From a virus (lineage: Duplodnaviria > Caudoviricetes), in the IMG/VR virus record IMGVR_UViG_3300020045_003053, positions 1 through 24,330 of that record: a DNA stretch of 24,330 nt; one strand, written 5' to 3'. The notes under the pieces were generated by a model. That model saw only the letters and a list, made by a program, of their open reading frames with translations, was not told where the DNA came from and ran no database searches. Position 1 is the first letter of the stretch, and each line of letters begins with the position of its first letter. A program made the translations under genes and the position numbers. Of this stretch, positions 1 through 8,933 are shown piece after piece.

Positions 1-81
1 ATTTATAAAATATATTGTATTTGTATCGCACATTACACTTCCATTTCCTTTTATAACAAACATTCTACCCCTATTTGTTGA

Positions 82-357
82 AATATTAATAAGCAATTTT
101 TCTATATTAAAGACGGATATTTATATATTCCTGATAGCGAAGTTATGGCAGTTTCATTATCTTTAATAACTTTAGAACTTTACGATTTAGAACAGTGTTC
201 AGCTTGTAGTCAAGAGAAATGTAAATCTGCATGGGATTTTGAATTCATAGTTCCTGATAAATTATTAGAAGTAGTAATATCTGAAACATTAAAAGAAATT
301 TCTATAAATAGACAAATACAGGAAGACCAAAATCCAAACCTACAAGATAATGCGTAA
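82..357 (+). CDS. C-terminal fragment of a crAss-like structural (ring/tail adaptor-type) protein, apparently 5'-truncated
   Basis: The frame is open upstream of the ATG at 145 back to TGA at 79-81 and reads NINKQFFYIKDGYLYIPDSEV-MAVSL...CKSAWDFEFIVPDKLLEVV. This resembles the C-terminal part of crAss-like ring proteins. Its stop overlaps the start of the next gene. Confidence 0.55.
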   Translation, partial: NINKQFFYIKDGYLYIPDSEVMAVSLSLITLELYDLEQCSACSQEKCKSAWDFEFIVPDKLLEVVISETLKEISINRQIQEDQNPNLQDNA

Positions 358-952
358 AAATAGATACCCTAAAGAACTAAGACAAAAAAGGGTATTTAAA
401 AGAAGTTTAAAATACGACCCAATACCCCCAACAAAAAAAAGAAGAAGATTTAGAAATAAAAAAACAAAACTTTTTAATAAACATTTAAAGGCAGTAAGAG
501 TAGAAAGGATAGTTTCTCCTAGAACTTATAAGCACTACAAGCTAAATAGAAAAAATAAATTCTCAGTTGATTACAACGATTGGAAATTAAAAGTTGCTAA
601 GTTTTTTAAAGTTTTTAAAAAGCATATGTTAGAAAATGAAGCAGGTGTTTTTATAAAAGATTTTGGATATTTCTATGTGATGCGTCATGACAGATTAACA
701 GATAGAATAAAAGGACAAAAAGTACATGGAGAGGGTAGAAAGTACTCAGCAATGTTTTCACCAATACGTAAAGATAAGATTTTAGATGCTTGGAGTATGG
801 ACTACGGTTTTACTTTTAATTTAAACAGTAAAATTTACGACAATATAGAGGAAGGAATAAGATATAAAATGGCATACACACTACTGTATAATTTTTATGG
901 AAATCAAAACAATCAAATTTATTTAGTAGAAAAAAATGGCAACAACGCTTAA
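350..952 (+). CDS. IHF/HU-like DNA-binding protein with a very basic N-terminal extension
   Basis: 200-aa ORF. The helix followed by GVFIKDFGYFYVMR resembles the HU/IHF 'V.I.GFG.F' strand. An IHF-like gene just before the tail tubular and stabilisation genes is typical of crAss-like phages. The first ~70 aa are K/R-rich. Confidence 0.6.
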   Translation: MRKNRYPKELRQKRVFKRSLKYDPIPPTKKRRRFRNKKTKLFNKHLKAVRVERIVSPRTYKHYKLNRKNKFSVDYNDWKLKVAKFFKVFKKHMLENEAGVFIKDFGYFYVMRHDRLTDRIKGQKVHGEGRKYSAMFSPIRKDKILDAWSMDYGFTFNLNSKIYDNIEEGIRYKMAYTLLYNFYGNQNNQIYLVEKNGNNA

Positions 953-1814
953 AAATATAATTGCAGAGGTTAGAACGGAATTAGTTCAGTATGAATCTGC
1001 GGGAATGTTAGATGAAATATCTCTAACAAATTGGGCAAGAAGAGCTTTAAAAGGATTTGGAAATTTAGTAACAACACTTCAAGAAAAAACAGTTGACGTT
1101 AAAAACAGCAGAGCTAAATTACCTGAAGATTTTTATTCACTTTATGCTGCCGCTAAATGTGAGCCGTACAGAATTCAAATGATTAAAGGAGATGAGACAG
1201 AATTAATAGACTCCCTGTTTGTAACAATAAGAACAGAATCTAATCCTGTATGGGATAATCAGTCTAATAAGTTTCAAGATGGAGAATATACAAAAATAGT
1301 TGAAAAAACATATTTAAGAGGAGGAACAGTAGAAGCAGATTTATATTACCACAGTCCAAAATTATTAAGATTAACTAGAGGTATTAAAAAAGAAAGTTGT
1401 CATTCGCAATGTAAAAATTTATCTAAGGAATTAACATACTCTAGCCCTTACGAGATTAATATATTAGGGGATTATATTCAAACAAATTTTTCCGAGGGTT
1501 TTATATACTTACAATTCTTTGCGCTAGAAAAAGACGAGGAAGGAGAAATTATAATTCCTGAATTATCCACAGACCAATTAGTAGAGTATTTAACATACCA
1601 TCTAAAAAGAAAAGCTTTAGAAGCTATTTGGATATCGGACGACGACACTATTCAAAACAAGATACAATGGATGCTTCAACTAGAAAACGATGCAAAACTA
1701 AAGGCTATGTCAGATGCTAAAATGGAAAGCATTAGTGGATATGGTTGGTGGAATACTATTCAAAAAAGAAACAAATTAAGAAATTCAATTTACGACACTT
1801 ACACGAGAAAATAA
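936..1814 (+). CDS. Tail tubular / ring protein (crAss-like, P22 gp4-type position)
   Basis: 292-aa ORF with RAKLPEDFYSL and YIQTNFSEGFIYLQF...DEEGEIIIP motifs typical of crAss ring proteins. It lies directly upstream of the tail stabilisation gene. Confidence 0.7.
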   Translation: MATTLKNIIAEVRTELVQYESAGMLDEISLTNWARRALKGFGNLVTTLQEKTVDVKNSRAKLPEDFYSLYAAAKCEPYRIQMIKGDETELIDSLFVTIRTESNPVWDNQSNKFQDGEYTKIVEKTYLRGGTVEADLYYHSPKLLRLTRGIKKESCHSQCKNLSKELTYSSPYEINILGDYIQTNFSEGFIYLQFFALEKDEEGEIIIPELSTDQLVEYLTYHLKRKALEAIWISDDDTIQNKIQWMLQLENDAKLKAMSDAKMESISGYGWWNTIQKRNKLRNSIYDTYTRK

Positions 1815-1817
1815 AAA

Positions 1818-4800
1818 ATGGCTAAAAAACAAAAATCAGGTCAAGCAAACGTACCGAGTAAGGGATTAAATAGAGATAGTTGGTCTTTAGGAGAAGCAGA
1901 CTACGTACATTTACAAAATGGAAACTTTGATAATTTTGATGGAGGAACATTTACGTTAACTAATGAAATGTCTAATATACTGTCTTCTAAATTTAAAACA
2001 GGATTTAAAGTAATAGGTTTTATAAATGATTTAAATACAGAAAATACTTATTTCTTTTTAACTAATCCTACAACAAAAGTAAGCGAATTTGGAGTTATTA
2101 AAAGTAATCAAAATAATAGCGATTTAGATGATTTAGTAGCAGATTGTGATGAGTGTGGAGAAATAAAAGAACTAGCAACTCCACTAGAAACACTTACACA
2201 AGTTGAATTACAAACTTACACAACTTTAATAACAGATTTAAATTGTGATAACGGTTTTAATTTTGATATAAATTTTCCTATAAAATCACCTGTAATTAAA
2301 GATGAAAAATGTGGTAAAACAATATATTTTACAGATAATTTAAATTCTTCAAGGTATATAAACATAGATAGACTTGCAGATTATTTTATTGATGAAGTAT
2401 CTTGTGAAGATGATTTACAATTAGATTGTCCAGATTTTAGCAAGATGTTAATTTTTAAACAATTTTCTATTCCTAAATTAACTCCTGTTTCAATTGAATT
2501 AGGTGGTAATTTAAAGATGGGAGTTTATCAATTTCTGGTTGCCTATTGCGATGCTCTAGGAAATGAAATATCTGAATATTATTCTATAACAAATCCTATT
2601 TCAATATTTGACAAAAATAATGTAATACTAGAACAACCACAATTAGCAGACAGAACTAATTTTTCCATAAAATTAAAAATGGAAGGATTAGACAATAAAT
2701 ATACACACTATAAAGTTGCAGTAATACAAACAGCAGATATAGATTTTACGAATAGATTTTTTATAGAAGGAATACACACTATAGACGACACGACTGTAAT
2801 ATATTCAAGCGAATTAAATAAACTAACGACTTCTGTAGACAATCTTTCTAGGTACAATACTAAAGTAGAATCTGTAGAAGGAATGACAACTTCTAATAAC
2901 ATTCTATTTCAATATGGAATAACTAATAAAAAAGAAATAAACTTACAACCCGTAGTTAATTTTATGGGACAGTTTGTTAAGTGGCAAACACATATAGCTC
3001 CTGAAGATTTGTATGAAAACGGAATAGCTGTTTCACTATTTAAAGGATATAATAGAGATGAAGTAGTGCCTTTTGGAATAAAATTTCTTTTAAATGGAGG
3101 TTACGAAACCGCAATATTTCCTTTCATAGCCAGAGCTCCAGAAGAGATAGATTTAGAATACGTAGTAGAAACAGATATTGATGGAAATCTAGTTTATGAT
3201 GTAGACGGGAATTTAATACCTCTAGATGATAATCAAGATGTAGCTTCAATATTATCAAATACAGGGGATTGTAATACAACAGACAGAACAAGAAGATGGC
3301 AATACTACAACACCGCTGAATTAGACCCTACAGGAAGTGCTTGTGGAGCAAATGAGTTAGATACAATAGATGTAACTGAAGAAATTACAAGATTTTGCGT
3401 AGTAGAAGATATCGCAACGATACCTACAGATACAATATATTTACTAATAGATACGGAATTTACAACTTTAGAAGACTATATTTCAGATAATACAGGTGAG
3501 TCAGAAGCAGAGTGTAGTGAGGCTTATAGTGACCCAATCATATGTGAATACTTATATGCAGATTATAGTGCCGTAGATTGCCCAGAAGACCCTTTTAACG
3601 GACTATCTTGTGGAGCAGTAACAACTGTAAGTGAAGTAGTTGAAGTACAAGAAGTAATAGGGGAAGTGGTTACAAAAATTGAAAAAGTTTTTGGCTCTGA
3701 ATATTTAAAAGTTACACCACCTAGCTATTGTTCACCATATTTATTAGAAGATGGAACAACAACTCCTGTCAGAGATTCTGTGTTAGAGGGGATAGCAGGA
3801 GGAATAATCTACAAAAGAGATTCTGATTTTTACAATGAAAGTTGTAATTATGCGTCAGAAATAGGAGTTTTACAAGAAGTAACAAATAATACCGCTGTTG
3901 CGAATTTTAATAATTACTACTATTCTGCTACTTTAAGTGATTTATACTCAACAAAAGATAGTACTATAACCGCCACTGGATTTTATACAAAAGTACATAA
4001 AAATGGAATATGGCACATAGGAAGTACATTAGATAGAACTAAATTTATTGTAGATATTTCTAAGCAAAAAAAACCAACAAATCAGGATTCCTTTGCAACA
4101 GAGCCAGAAACCGTTAGACTATCTATATTTAAATCTTGCTCAGTCACAACAGCTATTTATTCTGAGTTTATAGATTTAAGTGTTGGTGGGATGCTACTTT
4201 TTGAAAAAAGTGGAGTAGATTTAATAATCACTCAAGAAAATGGAACGGTATTACCAACTATAGTTAATGGATGGTTTAGTTCTAAAACTTTTTATGTAGT
4301 CATAGATACGGCAATAATCTTAGACACCGTTTATATTAATATTCCAACTACAGGTTGTTATACAGTCACTACAAGAAATGTAGAATATAGCAGAATAGAT
4401 GTAACTTGGGACTCAATAATATTAAAAAAGAAAATAGAATTAAAATCTACTTGTGTTTTTCAAGAGCCTGTAGTAAAAGCGTGTAGAGCCATACCTTATA
4501 AAAAAGGTAATTTTGCATATTGGGAAAGTTCTCAAACATATCCTGATAACAATGAACTTTTCAACTCGTCATTATTAAAAATAACTTCTGATGATATTCC
4601 AGAAGAGATTAAAAATGAATTTGAAAGTTTATATGTAGATACTATATTAGGTGGAGAATATATTTGGAAAAAGGATGTAAATCAAAAAGAAATTTCAGAT
4701 TTTACTTGTAGAAACATAAGACATTTTAAATTTCCAGATAATAAAATAGCACCATTCATATACGAAGGAGTTAAAACAGGATTCTCTAGTTCGGTGATTT

Positions 4801-7800
4801 TTCCTATGGGTGTAACTATAGATGAAACAGTAATAAATACTTTTCTTGATATTGCAGAAAATAATGGCTTACTAACAAGCCAAGACAGAAGTAATATAAC
4901 CGCATATGAAATAGTAAGAGGTAATTTAGCTTCAAATAGAAGTATAGTGGCATCAGGTTTATTGTACGACACTAGAAAATATCAAGAAAAAGAAGGAAAA
5001 GACAAATATCTTTTATACTCAAACTATCCATATAATACATACGCAGAAGATAAGTTTAATGGAGAATTTTCAGGAGAAAATAGAGAGAATTTAGGAGAAG
5101 GGGCTACTTGGGGAATTTCTAACAGAAACTACACATTTCATTCTCCAGAGACGGATTATTCAAAACCTACAATCCCATCTGAAATGTCTGTTCAAACTTA
5201 TATGTATGGGCAGTCTAAAACATTTTTTGATGAAGTAAAAGACCACCCTAAATGGGTAATACTTACAGATAAAGCTAGAAACTTGGCTAGTACTTTAGCT
5301 ACTTTAGAAGTAGTGGCAGAAGTAGCTATTCAAGCCGCACAAGCATTTGCAAACTTTAATCCAATAGCAGGAGTAGCTAACACAGTTTTTCCAGGAGGAA
5401 TAGTAGCATCTGGAATAATTTTAGCATTTAAGGCAGCTTCAGGAGCAGTTTTTAATTACGGAAAATATAGATATGAGTGGTTAAAAATATTTAAAGATAT
5501 AGGTTCACCTACTAATTTTGCTTATTACTCTTTTTCAGAAGGAAATTATAACTCTATCCAAAATGAAGACATAGTAGGAAATTCAATAAGAGGTATAAAC
5601 GTAGGTAAGTATTTAAAAGAAGGGCGTTTTACAAATACCAATGAAGTAACAGCTGAAAAATTAGAAATTAATAATATAGATAGAGAAAGGTCTGTATTTT
5701 TATCAACAGGTAAGTTTCCAATAGTTTACCCAACAACTTATAAAAACTATGATAAAGATACGTTTACTTCAAGCTTAACTTATTCAGGAGAAAATGGAAT
5801 TAGTGAGGTAGGAAGAAGTTCTGAAGTTATTAAAAACATAGCTTCTCCTTACGTAGCTTTAAAGAATTATTTGGCAGAACAGCACGGAACAATAAATTCT
5901 ATAAACTGGTTATCAACAGGATATAGAGGAGATTTAACCAATCCACAAACTAGTTGTATAGCTATTTTTGGAGGAGATACTTTTATCACTAGACACACCT
6001 TAAAAAGAAAACATTCGCAATTCTTAGTTACCTCTATGAAACAAGCGGATATGACTCCGTTTAATTACTATTTTTACAATAATATAGGAAGAAAACCTAA
6101 ATTTTGGGTATCGTATGATTTAGATAAAGATTTTGACAGTAATGGTAAATTATTTCCAGATATTATCACAGAAAAATGGTTTGATAATGAAAAAAAAGGA
6201 GGAAACTACTATAGACCACCTAGTAAATTTTATTTATATCATTATGGTATTCCTAGCTTTTTGTGCGAAACTAGAATAAATACCAATTTTAGATATGCAG
6301 GGAATGATTTAAAAGAACATTTCTACCCTCAAGTTGGAGATATAGGAGAGTGGACTCAAGAAGTAAATGTACCTATAAGAACACCAAACAGTTTTAAATA
6401 TAATTCTGTTTACTCTAAAAACGTAACACCATTAAAACAAAGAAATTTATCTATAAATTACAATAAAAATTTAGATGAATGTAAAGCAGATTTTCCAAAT
6501 GGAGTTATTTACAGCTTACCAGACAACAGTGAAAATAGTTCATTCGACCCTTGGTTAATTAACAGACCTCTTGATTTTTATGAATTTCCAACAAGTTATG
6601 GAAAACTTAAAGAACTTAGAGGAATAGAAAGCGCACAAGTTTTAGCACGATTTGAAAACACAACTGCAATATTCAATGCTGTTGATACTATAGTTGATGA
6701 CGGGAAAAGACCAGAAACTCAATTTTTAGGCAACGGAGGTATATTTGCAAGAAGACCTGTAACTTATTCAGAAACAGATTTAGGATATGGAGGAACACAA
6801 ACAAGTGCTTCAGTTAGCTGTGAGTTTGGACACTACCATGTAGATGCTAAAAGAGGGCAAGTAATTGAAGTACAAAATGGAGGAAAAGGTATTCAAGAAA
6901 TATCTTCTTTTACAGGAGACGCGCCAAGTGGAATGCGAAACTGGTTTAAAGAACACTTACCATTTAAGATATTAAAATCAAATATAAGCGGAGCAGAGAA
7001 CATAGATACAGACAATGCTTTCAATGGGGTAGGAATTACAATGGGTTGGGACAGTAGGTTTAGAAGAGTATTCATAACAAAAAAAGACTATATCCCTAAA
7101 AAAGACAAATGTATTGAATACGATATAAACTTAGGTTTTGTAACTAATGAAACAGAATGTCTAGAAACACCACAAGTAATAACTTGCTCAGAAGGATACA
7201 CTTACAATGAGTTAACAAACACTTGTGAAAAAGTAGTAACATCTTCTGCATGTGGAATAGGGTATTTTTACAATCCACTCACTGAACTATGTGAAGAAAT
7301 AACTAACTGTTCAGAAGGATTAGATATTGTATTTATATTAGACGCAACAGGTTCACAAGCGAATTCTATAGATAATATTAAAAATGCGATTACTACAGAT
7401 ATAGTTCCTGCAATTATAGCTAATTTTGGAGCAGACTATCGACTAGGATTAGTAACTGTAAAAGATTTAAGAAATGACGGTCAAGAGCTGTTTAGTATTT
7501 TAGAGCCAATGACTCTAGCTAATGAAACATCTTTTTTAACTCAAATTGATGCAGTTGTAGCAGGAGGAGGTTCAGGCTCAGAAGAACCATCAGATTTAGC
7601 TTTAGCAGCAGTATTAAATAATACACAAGCGATAGACAGAGATGGAGATTTACTAGGAGGAAATACTATAGGAACATTTAGAACTAACGCTGCTAAAGCT
7701 ATCATATTTGTTACAGATGAAAGACCTTCTGGATTAAATGATGAATTTGAATTTGCAGATTGGACAAATGCTAATAATTTAGCTTCTCAAGCAAGTATAG

Positions 7801-8861
7801 CAGGAATACAAATATTTTCATATTTAACTTCCCTAACAGAGCCTGCCCCAACAGTACCTAATCCTTTAGATGGACTTACACCTAATGTTACATATATAAT
7901 GCAAAATTATGCAACAGTTACGGGGGGAACTTATTATTTTACTCCCGAAGGAGTTGGAATATCATCAGGAGTTGTTGATGCGATTGTAAGTGGCATAGAT
8001 TGCCCAGAACCATTAACTCAAGCACCATCATGTTTAATAGATTGTGTACAAGAAGAAGGAATATGTGAATGCACATTAGAAGAAACTCCTACACTTTCGG
8101 ATGTAGTAACTCAAATAAGTCTAACAGATACTGAATATTTTGATGATGTATCTTGGACAATGGCATATTCACCAATTCAAAAAGCTTGGATAAGTTTCTA
8201 TGATTTTAAACCTAATTACTATTTAAATCACAATGATTATTTTCAAACAGGTGTAAATCAAACAAGTGATGCATCAGAACTAGGACTTTGGGGACATTTG
8301 CTAACAAACAGAAGTTATCAAGTATTTTACGGAAAAAGATATCCTTTCACCATAGAATATCAATTAAAACAATCCGCAGGAAACATAGTTTTAAACAGTT
8401 TAATGTATCAAGCAGAGGCTCTTAGATATAGTAATGAATATGATTATTCTGTAGCCGATAGTACAGTATTTAACAAGCTTTGGATACATAGTATGCATAC
8501 AAATTCTGGAGAGCTTAGATTGGTTAAAAACACAGGAGCTTTATCTTTAATAAGTAAATATCCAAAAACAGCAGCGGATGATAGTTATCAAGAAATACTT
8601 GTAAGTAAACATCACAATGATTACACTGTTAATTATTTTTATAACAGAATACATAAAAACTTTACTAATAATCCACCTTGGAAATGGGATTTTAATCAAA
8701 TTGATAAAACTATTAATCAAGAAGCTGTTAAATTTCGCGGAAAAAACATTTTAGAAGTATTGAGGTCAAAAGTACCGACAATTCGCTTGACACAGGACGA
8801 AGAATCTCGTTTTAGATATGTATTTAATGTTGGAATAAGTAAGTTTACAGCAGATAGTTAA
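1818..8861 (+). CDS. Tail stabilisation / muzzle protein (P22 gp10-like) with large insertions including a VWA domain
   Basis: 2347-aa ORF. N-terminal KGLNRD and IYFTDNLNSSRYINID, central GYNRDEVVPFGI and FGGDTFI, and C-terminal WTMAYSPIQKAWISFYDFKPNYY motifs match crAss-like muzzle proteins. A VWA MIDAS motif DIVFILDATGS is present (Asp codon at 7341). Confidence 0.8.
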   Translation: MAKKQKSGQANVPSKGLNRDSWSLGEADYVHLQNGNFDNFDGGTFTLTNEMSNILSSKFKTGFKVIGFINDLNTENTYFFLTNPTTKVSEFGVIKSNQNNSDLDDLVADCDECGEIKELATPLETLTQVELQTYTTLITDLNCDNGFNFDINFPIKSPVIKDEKCGKTIYFTDNLNSSRYINIDRLADYFIDEVSCEDDLQLDCPDFSKMLIFKQFSIPKLTPVSIELGGNLKMGVYQFLVAYCDALGNEISEYYSITNPISIFDKNNVILEQPQLADRTNFSIKLKMEGLDNKYTHYKVAVIQTADIDFTNRFFIEGIHTIDDTTVIYSSELNKLTTSVDNLSRYNTKVESVEGMTTSNNILFQYGITNKKEINLQPVVNFMGQFVKWQTHIAPEDLYENGIAVSLFKGYNRDEVVPFGIKFLLNGGYETAIFPFIARAPEEIDLEYVVETDIDGNLVYDVDGNLIPLDDNQDVASILSNTGDCNTTDRTRRWQYYNTAELDPTGSACGANELDTIDVTEEITRFCVVEDIATIPTDTIYLLIDTEFTTLEDYISDNTGESEAECSEAYSDPIICEYLYADYSAVDCPEDPFNGLSCGAVTTVSEVVEVQEVIGEVVTKIEKVFGSEYLKVTPPSYCSPYLLEDGTTTPVRDSVLEGIAGGIIYKRDSDFYNESCNYASEIGVLQEVTNNTAVANFNNYYYSATLSDLYSTKDSTITATGFYTKVHKNGIWHIGSTLDRTKFIVDISKQKKPTNQDSFATEPETVRLSIFKSCSVTTAIYSEFIDLSVGGMLLFEKSGVDLIITQENGTVLPTIVNGWFSSKTFYVVIDTAIILDTVYINIPTTGCYTVTTRNVEYSRIDVTWDSIILKKKIELKSTCVFQEPVVKACRAIPYKKGNFAYWESSQTYPDNNELFNSSLLKITSDDIPEEIKNEFESLYVDTILGGEYIWKKDVNQKEISDFTCRNIRHFKFPDNKIAPFIYEGVKTGFSSSVIFPMGVTIDETVINTFLDIAENNGLLTSQDRSNITAYEIVRGNLASNRSIVASGLLYDTRKYQEKEGKDKYLLYSNYPYNTYAEDKFNGEFSGENRENLGEGATWGISNRNYTFHSPETDYSKPTIPSEMSVQTYMYGQSKTFFDEVKDHPKWVILTDKARNLASTLATLEVVAEVAIQAAQAFANFNPIAGVANTVFPGGIVASGIILAFKAASGAVFNYGKYRYEWLKIFKDIGSPTNFAYYSFSEGNYNSIQNEDIVGNSIRGINVGKYLKEGRFTNTNEVTAEKLEINNIDRERSVFLSTGKFPIVYPTTYKNYDKDTFTSSLTYSGENGISEVGRSSEVIKNIASPYVALKNYLAEQHGTINSINWLSTGYRGDLTNPQTSCIAIFGGDTFITRHTLKRKHSQFLVTSMKQADMTPFNYYFYNNIGRKPKFWVSYDLDKDFDSNGKLFPDIITEKWFDNEKKGGNYYRPPSKFYLYHYGIPSFLCETRINTNFRYAGNDLKEHFYPQVGDIGEWTQEVNVPIRTPNSFKYNSVYSKNVTPLKQRNLSINYNKNLDECKADFPNGVIYSLPDNSENSSFDPWLINRPLDFYEFPTSYGKLKELRGIESAQVLARFENTTAIFNAVDTIVDDGKRPETQFLGNGGIFARRPVTYSETDLGYGGTQTSASVSCEFGHYHVDAKRGQVIEVQNGGKGIQEISSFTGDAPSGMRNWFKEHLPFKILKSNISGAENIDTDNAFNGVGITMGWDSRFRRVFITKKDYIPKKDKCIEYDINLGFVTNETECLETPQVITCSEGYTYNELTNTCEKVVTSSACGIGYFYNPLTELCEEITNCSEGLDIVFILDATGSQANSIDNIKNAITTDIVPAIIANFGADYRLGLVTVKDLRNDGQELFSILEPMTLANETSFLTQIDAVVAGGGSGSEEPSDLALAAVLNNTQAIDRDGDLLGGNTIGTFRTNAAKAIIFVTDERPSGLNDEFEFADWTNANNLASQASIAGIQIFSYLTSLTEPAPTVPNPLDGLTPNVTYIMQNYATVTGGTYYFTPEGVGISSGVVDAIVSGIDCPEPLTQAPSCLIDCVQEEGICECTLEETPTLSDVVTQISLTDTEYFDDVSWTMAYSPIQKAWISFYDFKPNYYLNHNDYFQTGVNQTSDASELGLWGHLLTNRSYQVFYGKRYPFTIEYQLKQSAGNIVLNSLMYQAEALRYSNEYDYSVADSTVFNKLWIHSMHTNSGELRLVKNTGALSLISKYPKTAADDSYQEILVSKHHNDYTVNYFYNRIHKNFTNNPPWKWDFNQIDKTINQEAVKFRGKNILEVLRSKVPTIRLTQDEESRFRYVFNVGISKFTADS
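7185..7298 (+). repeat. Two tandem Cys-rich peptide repeats (C-x-x-G-Y-x-Y-N-x5-C-E)
   Basis: CSEGYTYNELTNTCEK and CGIGYFYNPLTELCEE, 22 codons apart, immediately before the VWA domain. Confidence 0.8.
7311..8003 (+). other. von Willebrand factor A (VWA) domain within the muzzle protein
   Basis: LDIVFILDATGSQ (DxTGS MIDAS variant), YRLGLVTV, GGGSGSEEP, KAIIFVTDERP, GIQIFSY and ATVTGGTYY form a canonical VWA strand/helix series. Confidence 0.88.
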
Positions 8862-8889
8862 GTAATTTTAGAAAGTAATAAATATTAAC

Positions 8890-8897
8890 TAAATTTG
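8890..8897 (+). promoter_or_regulatory. Possible Bacteroidota primary-sigma -7 box (TAnnTTTG)
   Basis: TAAATTTG in the intergenic gap upstream of the ATG at 8934. There is no clean TTG -33 element at the expected spacing. Confidence 0.35.
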
Positions 8898-8928
8898 CCC
8901 CTTAGAACTACAATTTTAAGGGGTTTTT
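8897..8928 (+). terminator. Intrinsic terminator-like hairpin after the muzzle gene
   Basis: gCCCCTTA gaactacaattt TAAGGGGt stem-loop followed by a T run at 8924-8928, in one of the two substantial intergenic gaps. Confidence 0.7.
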
Positions 8929-8933
8929 ACATT

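Noticed and set aside
79-81. Stop-codon reassignment (TGA or TAG readthrough, as in some crAss-like phages)
   Set aside because: All large genes are intact in the standard code, TGA appears to serve as a stop at 11346-11348, and the sequence upstream of 79 does not look like + strand coding.
425-470. Eukaryotic nuclear localisation signal (PPTKKRRR)
   Set aside because: The context is a bacteriophage. It is better explained as a basic DNA-binding tail.
6189-6890. EKKGG and VQNGG in the muzzle protein as further copies of the cargo motif
   Set aside because: They lack the F/Y/M first residue and lie within structured regions, so they are probably chance matches.
8895-8933. TTG start at 8895 for the lysozyme/zincin gene
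   Set aside because: The extension runs through the terminator-like hairpin. The ATG at 8934 is more plausible.
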